A model generated the notes under the pieces. The model saw nothing but the letters and a program-made list of their open reading frames with translations, was not told the origin of the DNA and ran no database searches. From assembly GCA_964016885.1 (NCBI GenBank), contig OZ024743.1, forward strand, positions 327,546,001-327,610,000: a stretch of 64,000 nt of DNA, in the 5' to 3' direction. Position 1 is the first letter of the stretch; each line of letters begins with the position of its first letter. The position numbers were made by a program, and so were the translations under genes. This document shows positions 1 through 15,199 of this stretch, one piece after another. The stretch comes from Eledone cirrhosa (lineage: Eukaryota).

Positions 1-221
1 CAATTGCTGCTCTCATTGTAAGCTATTTCACTTCACTTACATCACAAATTATTTTTATAAAAGCATAAGTTCCACACCGTCTTTTCCTTCATCCATTTAT
101 AAACAGCCCCAGTGCTGCTTCCGACTAGCGATATTAAGATTCGGTTTCGATCCTCCGTGGTTACATTTGTACTTCATTTAGCGTCTTCAAGATGTCACGT
201 AATCACATTCCAGCCTTCATA

Positions 222-2404
<2,183 letters not shown>

Positions 2405-2628
2405 TTAATACAATAACAGAGATAGTTTAAAGCTAAACTCTGACTGGTAACCATCTCACTCAACAAACATTAGGTTATATTAAAATATAAACCCAATTTA
2501 TGTGTTTGGGGTGCTGACAATATGTATAATGTGGAAAAACCGGTTGTATTATTTTATGAGATATAATTAAAATTAAAGTATATCTCTCTCTCCAAACAAT
2601 TCTACAAGTTTGGGAGAATGTTTCCAGT

Positions 2629-2657
2629 TTATGTATATATATATATATTAGTATGTA

Positions 2658-2688
<31 letters not shown>

Positions 2689-2690
2689 TA

Positions 2691-2741
<51 letters not shown>

Positions 2742-2877
2742 TATGTATATATATATATATATATTTTAGTATGTATATATATATATATATTAGTATGTAT
2801 ATATATATATATATATATTAGTATGTATATATATATATATATTAGTATGTATATATATATATATATATATTAGTATG

Positions 2878-2960
<83 letters not shown>

Positions 2961-3027
2961 TATATATATATATATATATGTGTATATATATATATATGTA
3001 TGTATGTATATATATATATATGTATGT

Positions 3028-3068
<41 letters not shown>

Positions 3069-3324
3069 TGTATGTATATATGTATATATATGTATGTATA
3101 TATATATATATGTATGTATATATGTATATATGTATATATATGTATATATATGTATATGTATATATATGTATATGTATATATATGTATATATATATATATG
3201 TATATGTATATATATGTATATGTATATATATGTATATATATATATATATGTATGTATATATGTATATATATATATGTATATATATATATGTATATGTTTT
3301 TATGTATATATATATATGTATGTA
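2629..3324. repeat. (TA)n/(TATG)n microsatellite with TTAGTATG variant units
   Basis: Directly visible. Confidence 0.97.
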
Positions 3325-6300
3325 TCCCTCCCGCCCCCACGCACCACCATTATTATTACGTGGACCAATCATAAGCCAGAGGCCTATACTATCGCTTACC
3401 TGGTCACCTTCGATATGTAGGATGGAAGGACTACGGAGTTCCGGAGAGTTGAAGAGAGAAAAATCTGGACGCTCAGCGACAATGCCAAAGTTAAAGACAA
3501 ACACACCTCGTGGACGAGAATGCGAGCATGCCTCTTTGTTTCGGCCGTGGATGGCTAACACAACCCCATCTCCCCCTTCTCCCCACCTTTCCCACCCCCC
3601 AAACGCAATCCAAAACTTCAGATTTGGTACTTTGAATGTAGGCACCTTAAAGGGTCGCTCTAACGAGGTTGTAGAAATGCTTGAACGTAAGGAGGTCGAT
3701 GTTTGTTGTATTCAAGAGACCAGGTGGAGGGGTGGATCTGCTAGATTCATTGTGGGTAGAAAACGATGCTATAAGCTTTTCTGGGTGGGAAATGACAATG
3801 GGCTGGGTGGGGTAGGAATCATGGTAGCAGAAAAGTGGGCAGATAAGATAATAGACGTAAATAGAGTGAACGACAGAATAATTAAAATAAGACTTGTCCT
3901 CAATAGAACCACGGTGCCAGTAATATCCGCGTACGCACCCCAATCCGGACTGCCCAGCACTATAAAAGACAGATTCTATGAGACACTGATGCTCACTACC
4001 TCCCAAATAACCGACAGTGACTATATAATTATTGCAGGCGACCTAAACGGTCACGTTGGACAACATTGTGACGGCTACGACGAAATCCATAGAGGCTATG
4101 GGTTTGGTACTAGAAATGAGGAAGGCTCCAGAATCCTGGAATTCTGTGACGCAAATAACCTAACTATCTGCAACACTAACTTCAAAAAACGAGACAATCA
4201 CTTGATCACCTACAGATCAGGGGAACATACCAGCCAAGTAGATTATATCCTTACCAGAAGACGTGACAAAGTGACTGTTGTAAACACTAAATCCCTCCCC
4301 CATGAAGAATGCACCTCCCAACATAGACTGATAATTAGCGACCTAATAGTCAGGACGAGACGTACTAGGCAACAGAAGAGGACTACCCTCAGGAGAAAAA
4401 TATGGAAGCTAAAGGACCCCACAGCCAAAAATAAATTCCAAAGCATATTACTTGATGCTTTCGACAGTAAGGAAGAGCAAATAGAGTCGTACAAGGTAGA
4501 GGAACAGTGGGAATTCCTGAAAGCAAACCTGCTGACGGCGACAGACGAAGTCTGTGGCTGGAGCAGGCCTGTAGGCAGGAGGAGAGTAACATGGTGGTGG
4601 AACAGTAAGGTGGAGGGGTCAATTAGGGCCAAAAAGCAGGCTTGGAAAGTATGGCGGGATGGGGGAAGCAGAGAAGACTATCAAGTGGCCAGGAGGGAAG
4701 CTAGGAGACAAGTGTACTTCGCAAGAAGGGAAGCAGAGGAAAGAAAGTTCAAGCATGTTCTACAACGTGAGGACTAAAAACGTGAGGTGTTCAGGATTGC
4801 CAGGCAATGTGTCAAGGAAAACAGTGATATTGTCGGGGAGAAGTGTGTACTTAACGATGACGGCATACTTGCCATCACCGACGCCGATAAGAAGGTAGCT
4901 TGGAAGTGTCACTATGAAAGGCTACTCAATGAGGAGAATAAATGGGAGAAAGACAGTCTCCCCCACATCGACCCAATAGAGGGACCAGCAGTGTTAGTCG
5001 AGGGTAGTAAAATAAGTAATGTTAGTCGAGGGTAGTAAAATAAGTAAGGCAATCAAAGATATGAAGACAGGCAAGGCGGCTGGGCCTTCGGAAATAGTTG
5101 CCGAGATGCTGAAGGCATCTGGTACGGTGGGACACACCATGGTCACCCGGATAGTCAACCAAGTCATACAGAATGGGGTTGTTCCGAGGGACTGGCGTAG
5201 CAGCATTATCGTTAACTGTTATAAGGGTAAAGGAGATGCCCTAGATAGGAGTAACTATAGAGGCATTAAATTAATCGACCAGGTCATGAAGGTCACGGAA
5301 AAAGTAATAGCGCAACTAATCAGAGAGCGAATTGATCTAGATGAAATGCAGTTCGGGTTTGTGTCAGGAAAAAGTACCACAGACACTCTTTTCATTGTAC
5401 GACAACTACAGGAGAAGTACCTAGCTAAAAGTAAACCCCTATACTTAGCTTTCGTCGACTTGGAGAAGGCCTTCGACAGAGTCCCCCGTTCCATTATCTG
5501 GTGGGCTCTTAGAAAACTAGGTGTCGATGAATGGCTTGTGAGAGCTATACAAGCCATGTATAAAGAAACAGTCAGCAAGGTTAGAATTAACAACGAATAT
5601 AGTGAAGAGTTTAGTGTAAAAGTTGGTGTTCATCAGGGCTCTGTTCTTAACCCCCTACTATTTATTATTGCCCTCCAGGCTATAACAGTGGAGTTCAAGA
5701 CCGGCTGCCCATGGGAACTCCTATACGCAGATGATCTAACGCTCATAGCTGAATCAATGGCCGAGCTAGAGAAGAAATTCCAAACTTGGAAGCACGGGCT
5801 AGAATCAAAAGGCCTTAAAATTAACCTGGCTAAGACTAAAGTTCTAGTTTGTAAGAAAGAAAATAAGGCGGCGGTCCCCTCCGGAAAGTGGCCATGCGCA
5901 GAGTGTAGGAAAGGCGTAGGTAGAAATTCCATTTTGTGTCCCAAATGCAAAGTTTGGGTTTATAAAAGATGTAGTGGGATCACAGGTAAGCTAACTAAGA
6001 ACATAGATTTTACATGTGGCCGGTGTTCTGGGGCAATAAGTAGCAGCAAGTGCCCACAAAATACTAGCTCTTTCAACTGCGCAGGGGGTTCTATAGAAAT
6101 AGTGGACAGCTTCCGTTACCTGGGTGACAAAATCAGCAGTGAGGGAGGGTGCTCTGAAAGTACAGTAGCTAGAGTCAGAACTGGGTGGAAAAAGTTCAGA
6201 GAGCTTATACCACTATTAGCCGCTAAAGGGTTCTCCCTAAAAATGAAAGGCAGGTTGTACGATGCCTGCATACGAACAGCAATGTTGCATGGCAGTGAGA

Positions 6301-7070
6301 CCTGGGCATTGTGTGCAGAGGATATACGCAGACAAGAGAGAAACGAAGCTTGCATGCTCCGCTGGATGTGTAATAGTAATATACGTGAACGACAAAGCAT
6401 AAACGAACTAAGGAAAAAATTAGAAATAAGAGGGATCAGATGTTGTTTACTAGAGAGAAGGCTACGTTGGTATGGTCACGTGATGCGCATGAAGGACGAT
6501 AGCTGTATAACAAAGTGCAGGGCAATAAAGATAGACGGTAGCCACGGAATAGGCAGACCCAGAAAAACCTGGGACGAGCTGATAAACTCCGACCTCACAC
6601 AGTTACACCTCACCAAGACAATGTCACTGGACCGAGACCTTTCGGGGTACTCAGTAATAGAGAAGACCCGCCTTACCTAAATACAAAGTAAAACCTACTA
6701 CAGTCAGTAGGCATCTCTAACAAAATACACCCCCGTCCCACCACCCCCACCCCATCCACACCGCCCCCTCTATGTAAATTTATGTTGGTGCCACACCATC
6801 CAGGCCAAAACAAATGAGATCGTGTAGGTGTCACAACAAAAAAACACACAGTCCACGCTGTAATGTGGCCGTGTAGGCAACACGGTAAAAACCTACCAGG
6901 CCCACACTGTAAATGTGGTTGGTGTTAGGAAGGGCATCCAACTGAAGAAAACCTGCCAGACAGTCCTATGCGAGCAAGACAATCACTCTTGCCTCAAGTG
7001 GGACTACCCCCGTCCAAACCCATGCAAGCGTGGAACACGGACGTTAAACGATGATGATGATGATGATGAT
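3325..7070 (+). mobile_element. Near full-length RTE-clade non-LTR retrotransposon (family A), ending in a (GAT)n tail
   Basis: Single ORF with APE endonuclease ([33 protein letters not shown]) then RT (NYRGIKL, FVDLEKAFDRV, GVHQGS, LYADD, FRYLG) and RTE-type C-terminus (RRLRWYGHVMR, GRPRKTW); ~390-nt 3' UTR ending GACGTTAAAC(GAT)n; flanked by TA microsatellite on both sides. Confidence 0.95.
3422..6680 (+). pseudogene. Disrupted RTE EN-RT polyprotein
   Basis: Premature TAA at 4775-4777 (aligns with CAG/Gln in EDQK of the related fragment near 63810) and a 28-bp tandem duplication at 4992-5047 that shifts the frame; start codon uncertain (3422 or 3482). Confidence 0.9.
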
Positions 7071-7167
7071 ATATATATATATATGTATGTATATATATAT
7101 ATATATGTATGTATATATATATATATATGTATGTATATATATATATGTATATATGTATATATATATG

Positions 7168-7212
<45 letters not shown>

Positions 7213-7229
7213 ATATGTATGTATATATG

Positions 7230-7261
<32 letters not shown>

Positions 7262-7267
7262 TATATG

Positions 7268-7302
<35 letters not shown>

Positions 7303-7369
7303 GTATATATGTATATATATATATATATGTATGTATATATGTATATATGTATGTATATATGTATATATG

Positions 7370-7418
<49 letters not shown>

Positions 7419-7455
7419 GTATATGTATATATATATGTATATATATATATATATG

Positions 7456-7504
<49 letters not shown>

Positions 7505-7587
7505 GTATATATGTATATATATATATATATGTATGTATATATGTATATATGTATGTATATATGTATATATGTATATATATATATATG

Positions 7588-7642
<55 letters not shown>

Positions 7643-7891
7643 GTATATATATATGTATATATATATATATGTATATATATATATGTATATATATATGTAT
7701 GTATATATATATATGTATATATATGTATATATATATATGTATATATATATATATGTATATATATATATGTGTATATATATATATGTGTATATATATATAT
7801 GTGTATATATATATATGTGTATATATATATATGTATATATATATATGTGTATATATATATATGTATGTATATATATATATATATGTGTATG

Positions 7892-7940
<49 letters not shown>

Positions 7941-8062
7941 GTATGTATATATATATATGTATGTATATATATATATGTATGTATATATATATATGTATGT
8001 ATATATATATATGTATATATATATGTATATATATATGTATATATATATATATATGTAAGTAG

Positions 8063-8100
<38 letters not shown>

Positions 8101-8129
8101 GTATATATGTATATATATATGTATATATG

Positions 8130-8164
<35 letters not shown>

Positions 8165-8165
8165 G

Positions 8166-8198
<33 letters not shown>

Positions 8199-8301
8199 GT
8201 ATATATGTATATATATATATGTGTGTATATATATGTATATATATATATATGTATATATATATGTATATATGTATATATATTTGTATATATGTATATATAT
8301 A

Positions 8302-8378
<77 letters not shown>

Positions 8379-8387
8379 GTATATATG

Positions 8388-8430
<43 letters not shown>

Positions 8431-8765
8431 ATATGTATATGTATATATATATATATGTATGTATATATATATGTATATATATATATATGTAAGTATGTAT
8501 ATATATATATATATAAATGTATATATATATATGTATATATATATATGTAAGTATGTATATATATATATGTAAGTATGTATATATATATATATAAATGTAT
8601 ATATATATATGTATATATATATGTATATATATATATGTATTTATATATATATATGTATATATATATATGTATATATATATATGTATATATATATATATGT
8701 ATATATATATATGTATATATATATATGTATATATAAATATGTATATAAATATGTATATATATATG

Positions 8766-8798
<33 letters not shown>

Positions 8799-8800
8799 GT

Positions 8801-8834
<34 letters not shown>

Positions 8835-8845
8835 GTATATATATG

Positions 8846-8899
<54 letters not shown>

Positions 8900-8904
8900 T
8901 GTAT
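7071..8904. repeat. (TA)n/(TATG)n microsatellite, ~1.8 kb
   Basis: Directly visible. Confidence 0.98.
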
Positions 8905-9251
8905 ATCATCATTTCATCATCATTTCATTTTACGTCCGCTTTTTCCTTGCTTGCAAGGGTGGGACGGGAACTGATTCTGGCTTGATTTCTACAGCTGGAT
9001 GCCCTTCCTAACACCAACCTCATTTACAGTGAGTGCTGGGTGCTTTTTTTGCCGTGGCACCTACACGACCACTTTGCAGTGGAATGACATGGACCCTAGT
9101 CCTATCATCTCATTTCTACAGCTGAGTAAACTGGAGCAATGTGAAATAAAGTGTCTTGCTCAAGGAAACAACACATCACCCGGTCTGAGAATTGAACTCA
9201 CAACCTTTCGATTGCAAGGCCAATGCTCTAACCACTAAGCCATGTGCCTCC
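8905..9251 (-). mobile_element. tRNA-derived SINE (family S1) with CORE-like centre and RTE-like (GAT)n tail
   Basis: Minus strand reads GGAGGCACATGGCTTAGTGG (A box)...GAGTTCAATTCT (B box)...CCTTGAGCAAGACACTT...GGTTGGTGTTAGGAAGGGCATCCAGC...ATGATGA; other copies at 17614, 18010 and 32051. Confidence 0.9.
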
Positions 9252-9272
9252 ATATATATATGTATATATATA

Positions 9273-10476
9273 TTTTTTTTTGTGACACCTACACGATCTC
9301 ATTTGTTTCGGCCTGGATTTTCTGGCACCAACATAACTTTACATTGAAAGGGGTGGTGTGGATGGGGTGGGGGTGGTGGGACGGGGGTGTATTTTGTTAG
9401 AGATGCCTACTGACTGTAGTAGGTTTTACTTTGTATTTAGGTAACGTGGGTCTTCTCTATTACTGAGTACCGCCAAAGCTCTCGGTCCAGTGACATTGTC
9501 TTGGAGAGGTGTAAGTGTGTGAGGTCGGAATTTATCAGCTCGTCCCAGGTTTTTCTGGGTCTGCCTTTTCCGTGGCTACCGTCTATCTTTATTGCCACTT
9601 TGTTATACAGCTATCGTCCTTCATGCGCATCACGTGACCATACCAACGTAGCCTTCTCTCGAGTAAACAACATCTGATCCCTCTTATTTCTAATTTTTTC
9701 ATTAGTTCGTTTATGCTTTGCCGTTCGCGTATATTACTATTACACATCCAGTGGAGCATGCAAGCTTCGTTCCTCTCTAGTCTGTGTATATCCTCTGCAC
9801 ACAATGTCCAGGTCTCACTGCCGTGCAACATTGCTGTTCGTATGCAGGCATCATACAAACTGCCTTTCACTTTTAGGGAGAACCCTTTAGCGGCTAATAG
9901 TGGTATAAGCTCTCTGAACTTTTTCCATCCAGTTCTGACTCTAGCTACTGTACTTTCGGAGCACCCTCCCCCACTGCTGATTTTGTCACCCAGGTAACGG
10001 AAGCTGTCCACTATTTCTATAGAACCCTCTGCGCAGTTGAAAGAGCTAGTATTTTGTGGGCACTTGCTGCTATTTATTTCCCCAGAGCACCGGCCACATG
10101 TAAAATCTGTGTTCTTAGTTAGCTTCAAAAAAAAAAAACACACAGTCCACGCTGTAATGTGACCGTGTAGGCAACACGGTAAAAACGTCCCAGTCCCACA
10201 CTGTAAATGTGGTTGGTGTTAGGAAGGGCATACAGCTGTAGAAAACCTGCCAGACAGTCCACGCTGTAATGTGGCCGTGTAGGCAACACGGTAAAAACCT
10301 CCCAGCCCCACACTGTAAATGTGGTTGGTGTTAGGAAGGGCATCCAACTGTAGAAAACCTGCCAGACAGTCCTATGCCAGCAAGACAACCACTCTTGCCT
10401 CAAGTGGGAAAACTCCCGTCCAAACCCATGCAAGCATGGAACACGGACGTTAAACGATGATGATGATGATGATGAT
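9273..10476. mobile_element. RTE family A 3' fragment with 5' inversion (9273-10125 antisense, 10126-10476 sense)
   Basis: Antisense part matches element 5988-6840; sense part continues from the same A-tract to the (GAT)n tail. Confidence 0.9.
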
Positions 10477-10531
10477 ATATATGTATATATATATGTATGT
10501 ATATATATATGTATGTATATATATATGTATG

Positions 10532-10562
<31 letters not shown>

Positions 10563-10567
10563 GTATG

Positions 10568-10614
<47 letters not shown>

Positions 10615-10685
10615 GTATATATATATGTATATATGTATGTATATATGTATGTATATATGTATGTATATATGTATGTATATATATG

Positions 10686-10745
<60 letters not shown>

Positions 10746-10753
10746 TATGTATG

Positions 10754-10784
<31 letters not shown>

Positions 10785-10850
10785 GTATATAATATATATA
10801 TATATGTATATATATATATGTATATATATATATGTATATATATATGTATG

Positions 10851-10897
<47 letters not shown>

Positions 10898-10952
10898 GTA
10901 TATATATATATGTATATATATATGTATGTATATATATATGTATATATGTATG

Positions 10953-10983
<31 letters not shown>

Positions 10984-10992
10984 GTATATATA
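10477..10992. repeat. (TA)n/(TATG)n microsatellite
   Basis: Directly visible. Confidence 0.97.
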
Positions 10993-11372
10993 TGGACCGA
11001 GACCTTTGGCGGTACTCAGTAACAGAGAAGACCCGCCTTACCTAAATACATAGTAAAACCTACTACAGCCAGTAGGCATCTCTAACAAAATACCCCCCCC
11101 CCCCCCGTCCCCACCCCATCCACACCACCCCGTTCTATGTAAAGTTATGTTGGTGCCACACCATCCAGGCCGAAACAAATGAGATCGTGTAGGTGTCACG
11201 ACAAAAAATCACACAGTCCACGCTGTAATGTGGCCGTGTAGGCAACACGGTAAAAACCTGCCAGACAGTCCTATGCGAGCTAGACAATCACTCTTGCCTC
11301 AAGTGGGACTACCCCCGTCCAAACCCATGCAAGCGTGGAACACGGACGTTAAACGTTGATGATGATGATGAT
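10993..11372 (+). mobile_element. RTE family A 5'-truncated 3' end
   Basis: Encodes [16 protein letters not shown], followed by the same 3' UTR (with an internal deletion) and (GAT)n. Confidence 0.92.
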
Positions 11373-11430
11373 ATGTATATATATATATATATATATGTAT
11401 GTATATATATATATGTATATATATATGTAT

Positions 11431-11468
<38 letters not shown>

Positions 11469-11570
11469 GTATGTATATATATATGTATATATATATGTAT
11501 GTATATATATATGTATATATATATGTATATATATATATATGTATATATATATGTATGTATATATATATGT

Positions 11571-11650
<80 letters not shown>

Positions 11651-11655
11651 GTATG

Positions 11656-11744
<89 letters not shown>

Positions 11745-11749
11745 GTATG

Positions 11750-11822
<73 letters not shown>

Positions 11823-11847
11823 GTATGTATATATATATATATATATG

Positions 11848-11886
<39 letters not shown>

Positions 11887-12070
11887 CTCTCCCACGGTAT
11901 GCTATATTTTCTGTTGTTCTCCTGTCTCACTCGCTTTACGCGTTTTAATTGTCCTAATAACTTATTTTGGTTATTATTGCACCGAAGTGAGATATATGAT
12001 TTTTAATGCAATGAAATATCTATGATCTTCGGCAAATCACTGATGAGGAACGTATTTTATTATATATATA

Positions 12071-12132
<62 letters not shown>

Positions 12133-12156
12133 CATACATATATATATATATATATG

Positions 12157-12234
<78 letters not shown>

Positions 12235-12272
12235 TATACATACATATATATATATATATATATACATACATA

Positions 12273-12308
<36 letters not shown>

Positions 12309-12354
12309 CATATATATATATATATATATACATACATATATATATATATATATG

Positions 12355-12432
<78 letters not shown>

Positions 12433-12456
12433 CATATATATATATATATATGTATG

Positions 12457-12518
<62 letters not shown>

Positions 12519-12569
12519 TATGTATGTATATATATATATATATATATGTATGTATATATATGTATATAT

Positions 12570-12615
<46 letters not shown>

Positions 12616-12688
12616 GTATATATATATGTATATATATGTATATATATATGTATGTATATATATATGTATATATATATATATATGTATG

Positions 12689-12723
<35 letters not shown>

Positions 12724-12724
12724 G

Positions 12725-12817
<93 letters not shown>

Positions 12818-12854
12818 GTATGTATATATATATATATGTATGTATATATGTATG

Positions 12855-12917
<63 letters not shown>

Positions 12918-12980
12918 GTATGTATATATATATGTATGTATGTATATATATATATTTGTATATATATATATGTATGTATT
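11373..12980. repeat. (TA)n microsatellite tracts interrupted by a ~175-bp unique segment (11885-12058)
   Basis: Directly visible; mixed TACA and TATG polarity in 12060-12450. Confidence 0.95.
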
Positions 12981-14216
12981 ATCATCATCATCATCATCAT
13001 CAACGTTTAACGTCCGTGTTCCACGCTTGCATGGGTTTGGACCGGGGTTTTCCCACTTGAGGCAAGAGTGATTATCTTGCTCGCGTAGGACTATCTGGCA
13101 GGTTTTCTACAGCTGGATGCCCTTCCTAACACCAACCACATTTTCAGTGTGGGGCTGGGAGGTTTTTACCGTATTGCCTACACGGCCACATTACAGCGTG
13201 GACTGTGTGTTTTTTGACGTGACACCTACACGATCTCATTTGTTTCGGCCTGGATGTTGTGGCACCAACATAACTTTACATTGAAAGGGGCGGTGTGGAT
13301 GGGGTGGGGGTGGTGGGACGGGGGTGTATTTTGTTAGAGATGCCTACTGACTTTAGTAGGTTTTACTTTGTATTTAGGTAAGGCGGGTCTTCTCTATTAC
13401 TGAGTACCACCAAAGGTCTCGGTCCAGTGACATTGTCTTGGAGAGGTGTAAGTGTGTGAGGTCGGAATTTATCAGCTCGTCCCAGGTTTTTCTGGGTCTG
13501 CCTTTTCCGTGGCTACCGTCTATCTTTATTGCCCTGCACTTTGTTATACAGCTATCGTCCTTCATGCGCATCACGTGACCATACCAACGTAGCCTTCTCT
13601 CGAGTAAACAACATCTGATCCCTCTTATTTCTAATTTTTTCCTTAGTTCGTTTATGCTTTGCCGTTCACGTATATTACTATTACACATCCAGCGGAGCAT
13701 GCAAGCTTCGTTTCTCTCTAGTCTGCGTATATCCTCTGCACACAATGCCCAGGTCTCACTGCCATGCAACATTGCTGTTCGTATGCAGGCATCATACAAC
13801 CTGCCTTTCATTTTTCGGGAGAACCCTTTAGCGGCTAATAGTGGTATAAGCTCTCTGAACTTTTTCCATCCAGTTCTGACTCTAGCTACTGTACTTTCAG
13901 AGCACCCTCCTCCACTGCTGATTTTGTCACCCAGGTAACGGAAGCTGTCCACTATTTCTATAGAACCCTCTGCGCAGTTGAAAGAGCTAGTATTTTGTGG
14001 GCACTTGCTGCTACTTGTTGCACCAGAGCACCGGCCACATGTAAAATCTATGTTCTTAGTTAGCTTACCTGTGATCCCACTACATCTTTTGTGCACCCAT
14101 ACTTTGCATTTGGGACAGAAAATGGAGTTTCTACCTACGCCTTTCCTACACACTGAGCATGGCCACTTCCCGGAAGGGACTGCCGCCTTATTTTCTTTCT
14201 TGCAAACTAGAACTTT
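12981..14216 (-). mobile_element. RTE family A 5'-truncated copy (RT C-terminal half, PHD-like finger with His intact)
   Basis: ORF 13374-14153 is nearly identical to the C-terminal half of 5019-6680; full 3' UTR and (ATC)n on the + strand. Confidence 0.95.
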
Positions 14217-14334
14217 AGAAAAAGATGAGTATTGACGTACATACTCAATTTTTCCATTTATCTGAGTGTTCTAAACCCCGTTATCAGGCTAAAATTCCTT
14301 TAGTCATATATATATATATGTATGTATATGTATG

Positions 14335-14563
14335 TATCATCATCATCAACGTTTAACGTCCGTGTTCCACGCTTGCACGGGTTTGGACGGGGGTTTTCCC
14401 ACTTGAGGCAAGAGTGATTGTCTTGCTCGCATAGGACTGTCTGGCGGGTTTTCTACAGCTGGATGCCCTTCCTAACACCAACCACATTTACAGTGTGGGT
14501 CTGGGAGGTTTTTACCGTGTTGCCTACACGGCCACATTACAGCGTGGACTGTTTGGCGGGTTT
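14335..14563 (-). mobile_element. RTE family A 3' UTR fragment
   Basis: Matches 12981-13207. Confidence 0.9.
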
Positions 14564-15199
14564 CATACACCTTCAAGAGTTAATAACATACATAAAACAA
14601 ACCGTTTGTATTGTAGAACTGGAGCGGTTTCAGACAGCCTAGTATCAAAAGGGTTAAGAGTCATTGATAAATCTATATATAAATGTTGTATTAAGATTAA
14701 AAAGATAGAAAAAACGAAATAGATGTAGGAAGAGATATAAAGAGATTTCGTAAAGATGTGTACAGAAAGTAAAGGTTTTATTTAGTACATAACAATATTT
14801 TTTTTTTCACCAATAATAATGTATATTGTATTTGACCTTGCTCTTCTATTTGTATTTAACCTTACCCTTCTATTTGTATTTAACCTTACCCTTCTATTTG
14901 TATTTAACCTTACCCTTCCCCTGTTTTCACTAGTTTGTAAAGTACACTACTGTAATATTTTATTACGGTCGTGTTATTTATGATCTGACTTCAAATCCCG
15001 CCGAGGTTAACTTTGCCTTTCATCCTTACGGGGTCGATAAAATAAAGTACCAGTAATGTACTGGGTGATTGCTGGCCTTGTGTTAAAACTAGAAACAATT
15101 ATTAAGGTCGTGTTAAGTGCTGGTGTCCATTTAAATCGACTGTGCGCTCCCTCGAAGTATGTCTGTTTGAATACGATATTCCATTGAATTTATTATTTA

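Noticed and set aside
41-216. Possible minus-strand exon ending at a GTAAGT donor (35-40)
   Set aside because: No recognisable protein and no partner exon in the window; could be a UTR exon but unsupported
3325-3570. HDV-like ribozyme in the RTE 5' region
   Set aside because: ACCTCGT resembles an L3 loop, but I could not build consistent P1/P2/P3 pairings by eye; needs an RNArobo or Infernal search
3647-6400. Antisense ORFs within RTE copies (also 9713, 13654, 39576, 28129, 28513)
   Set aside because: Shadow frames of the RT/EN coding strand with no independent motifs
12035-12060. Hammerhead ribozyme core CTGATGA (also ~51690)
   Set aside because: No properly placed GAAA with flanking stems
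15102-15161. Possible non-coding first exon of LIPT2 ending at GAA|GTATGT
   Set aside because: Only a donor-like motif and mild CpG content; cannot be supported without transcripts
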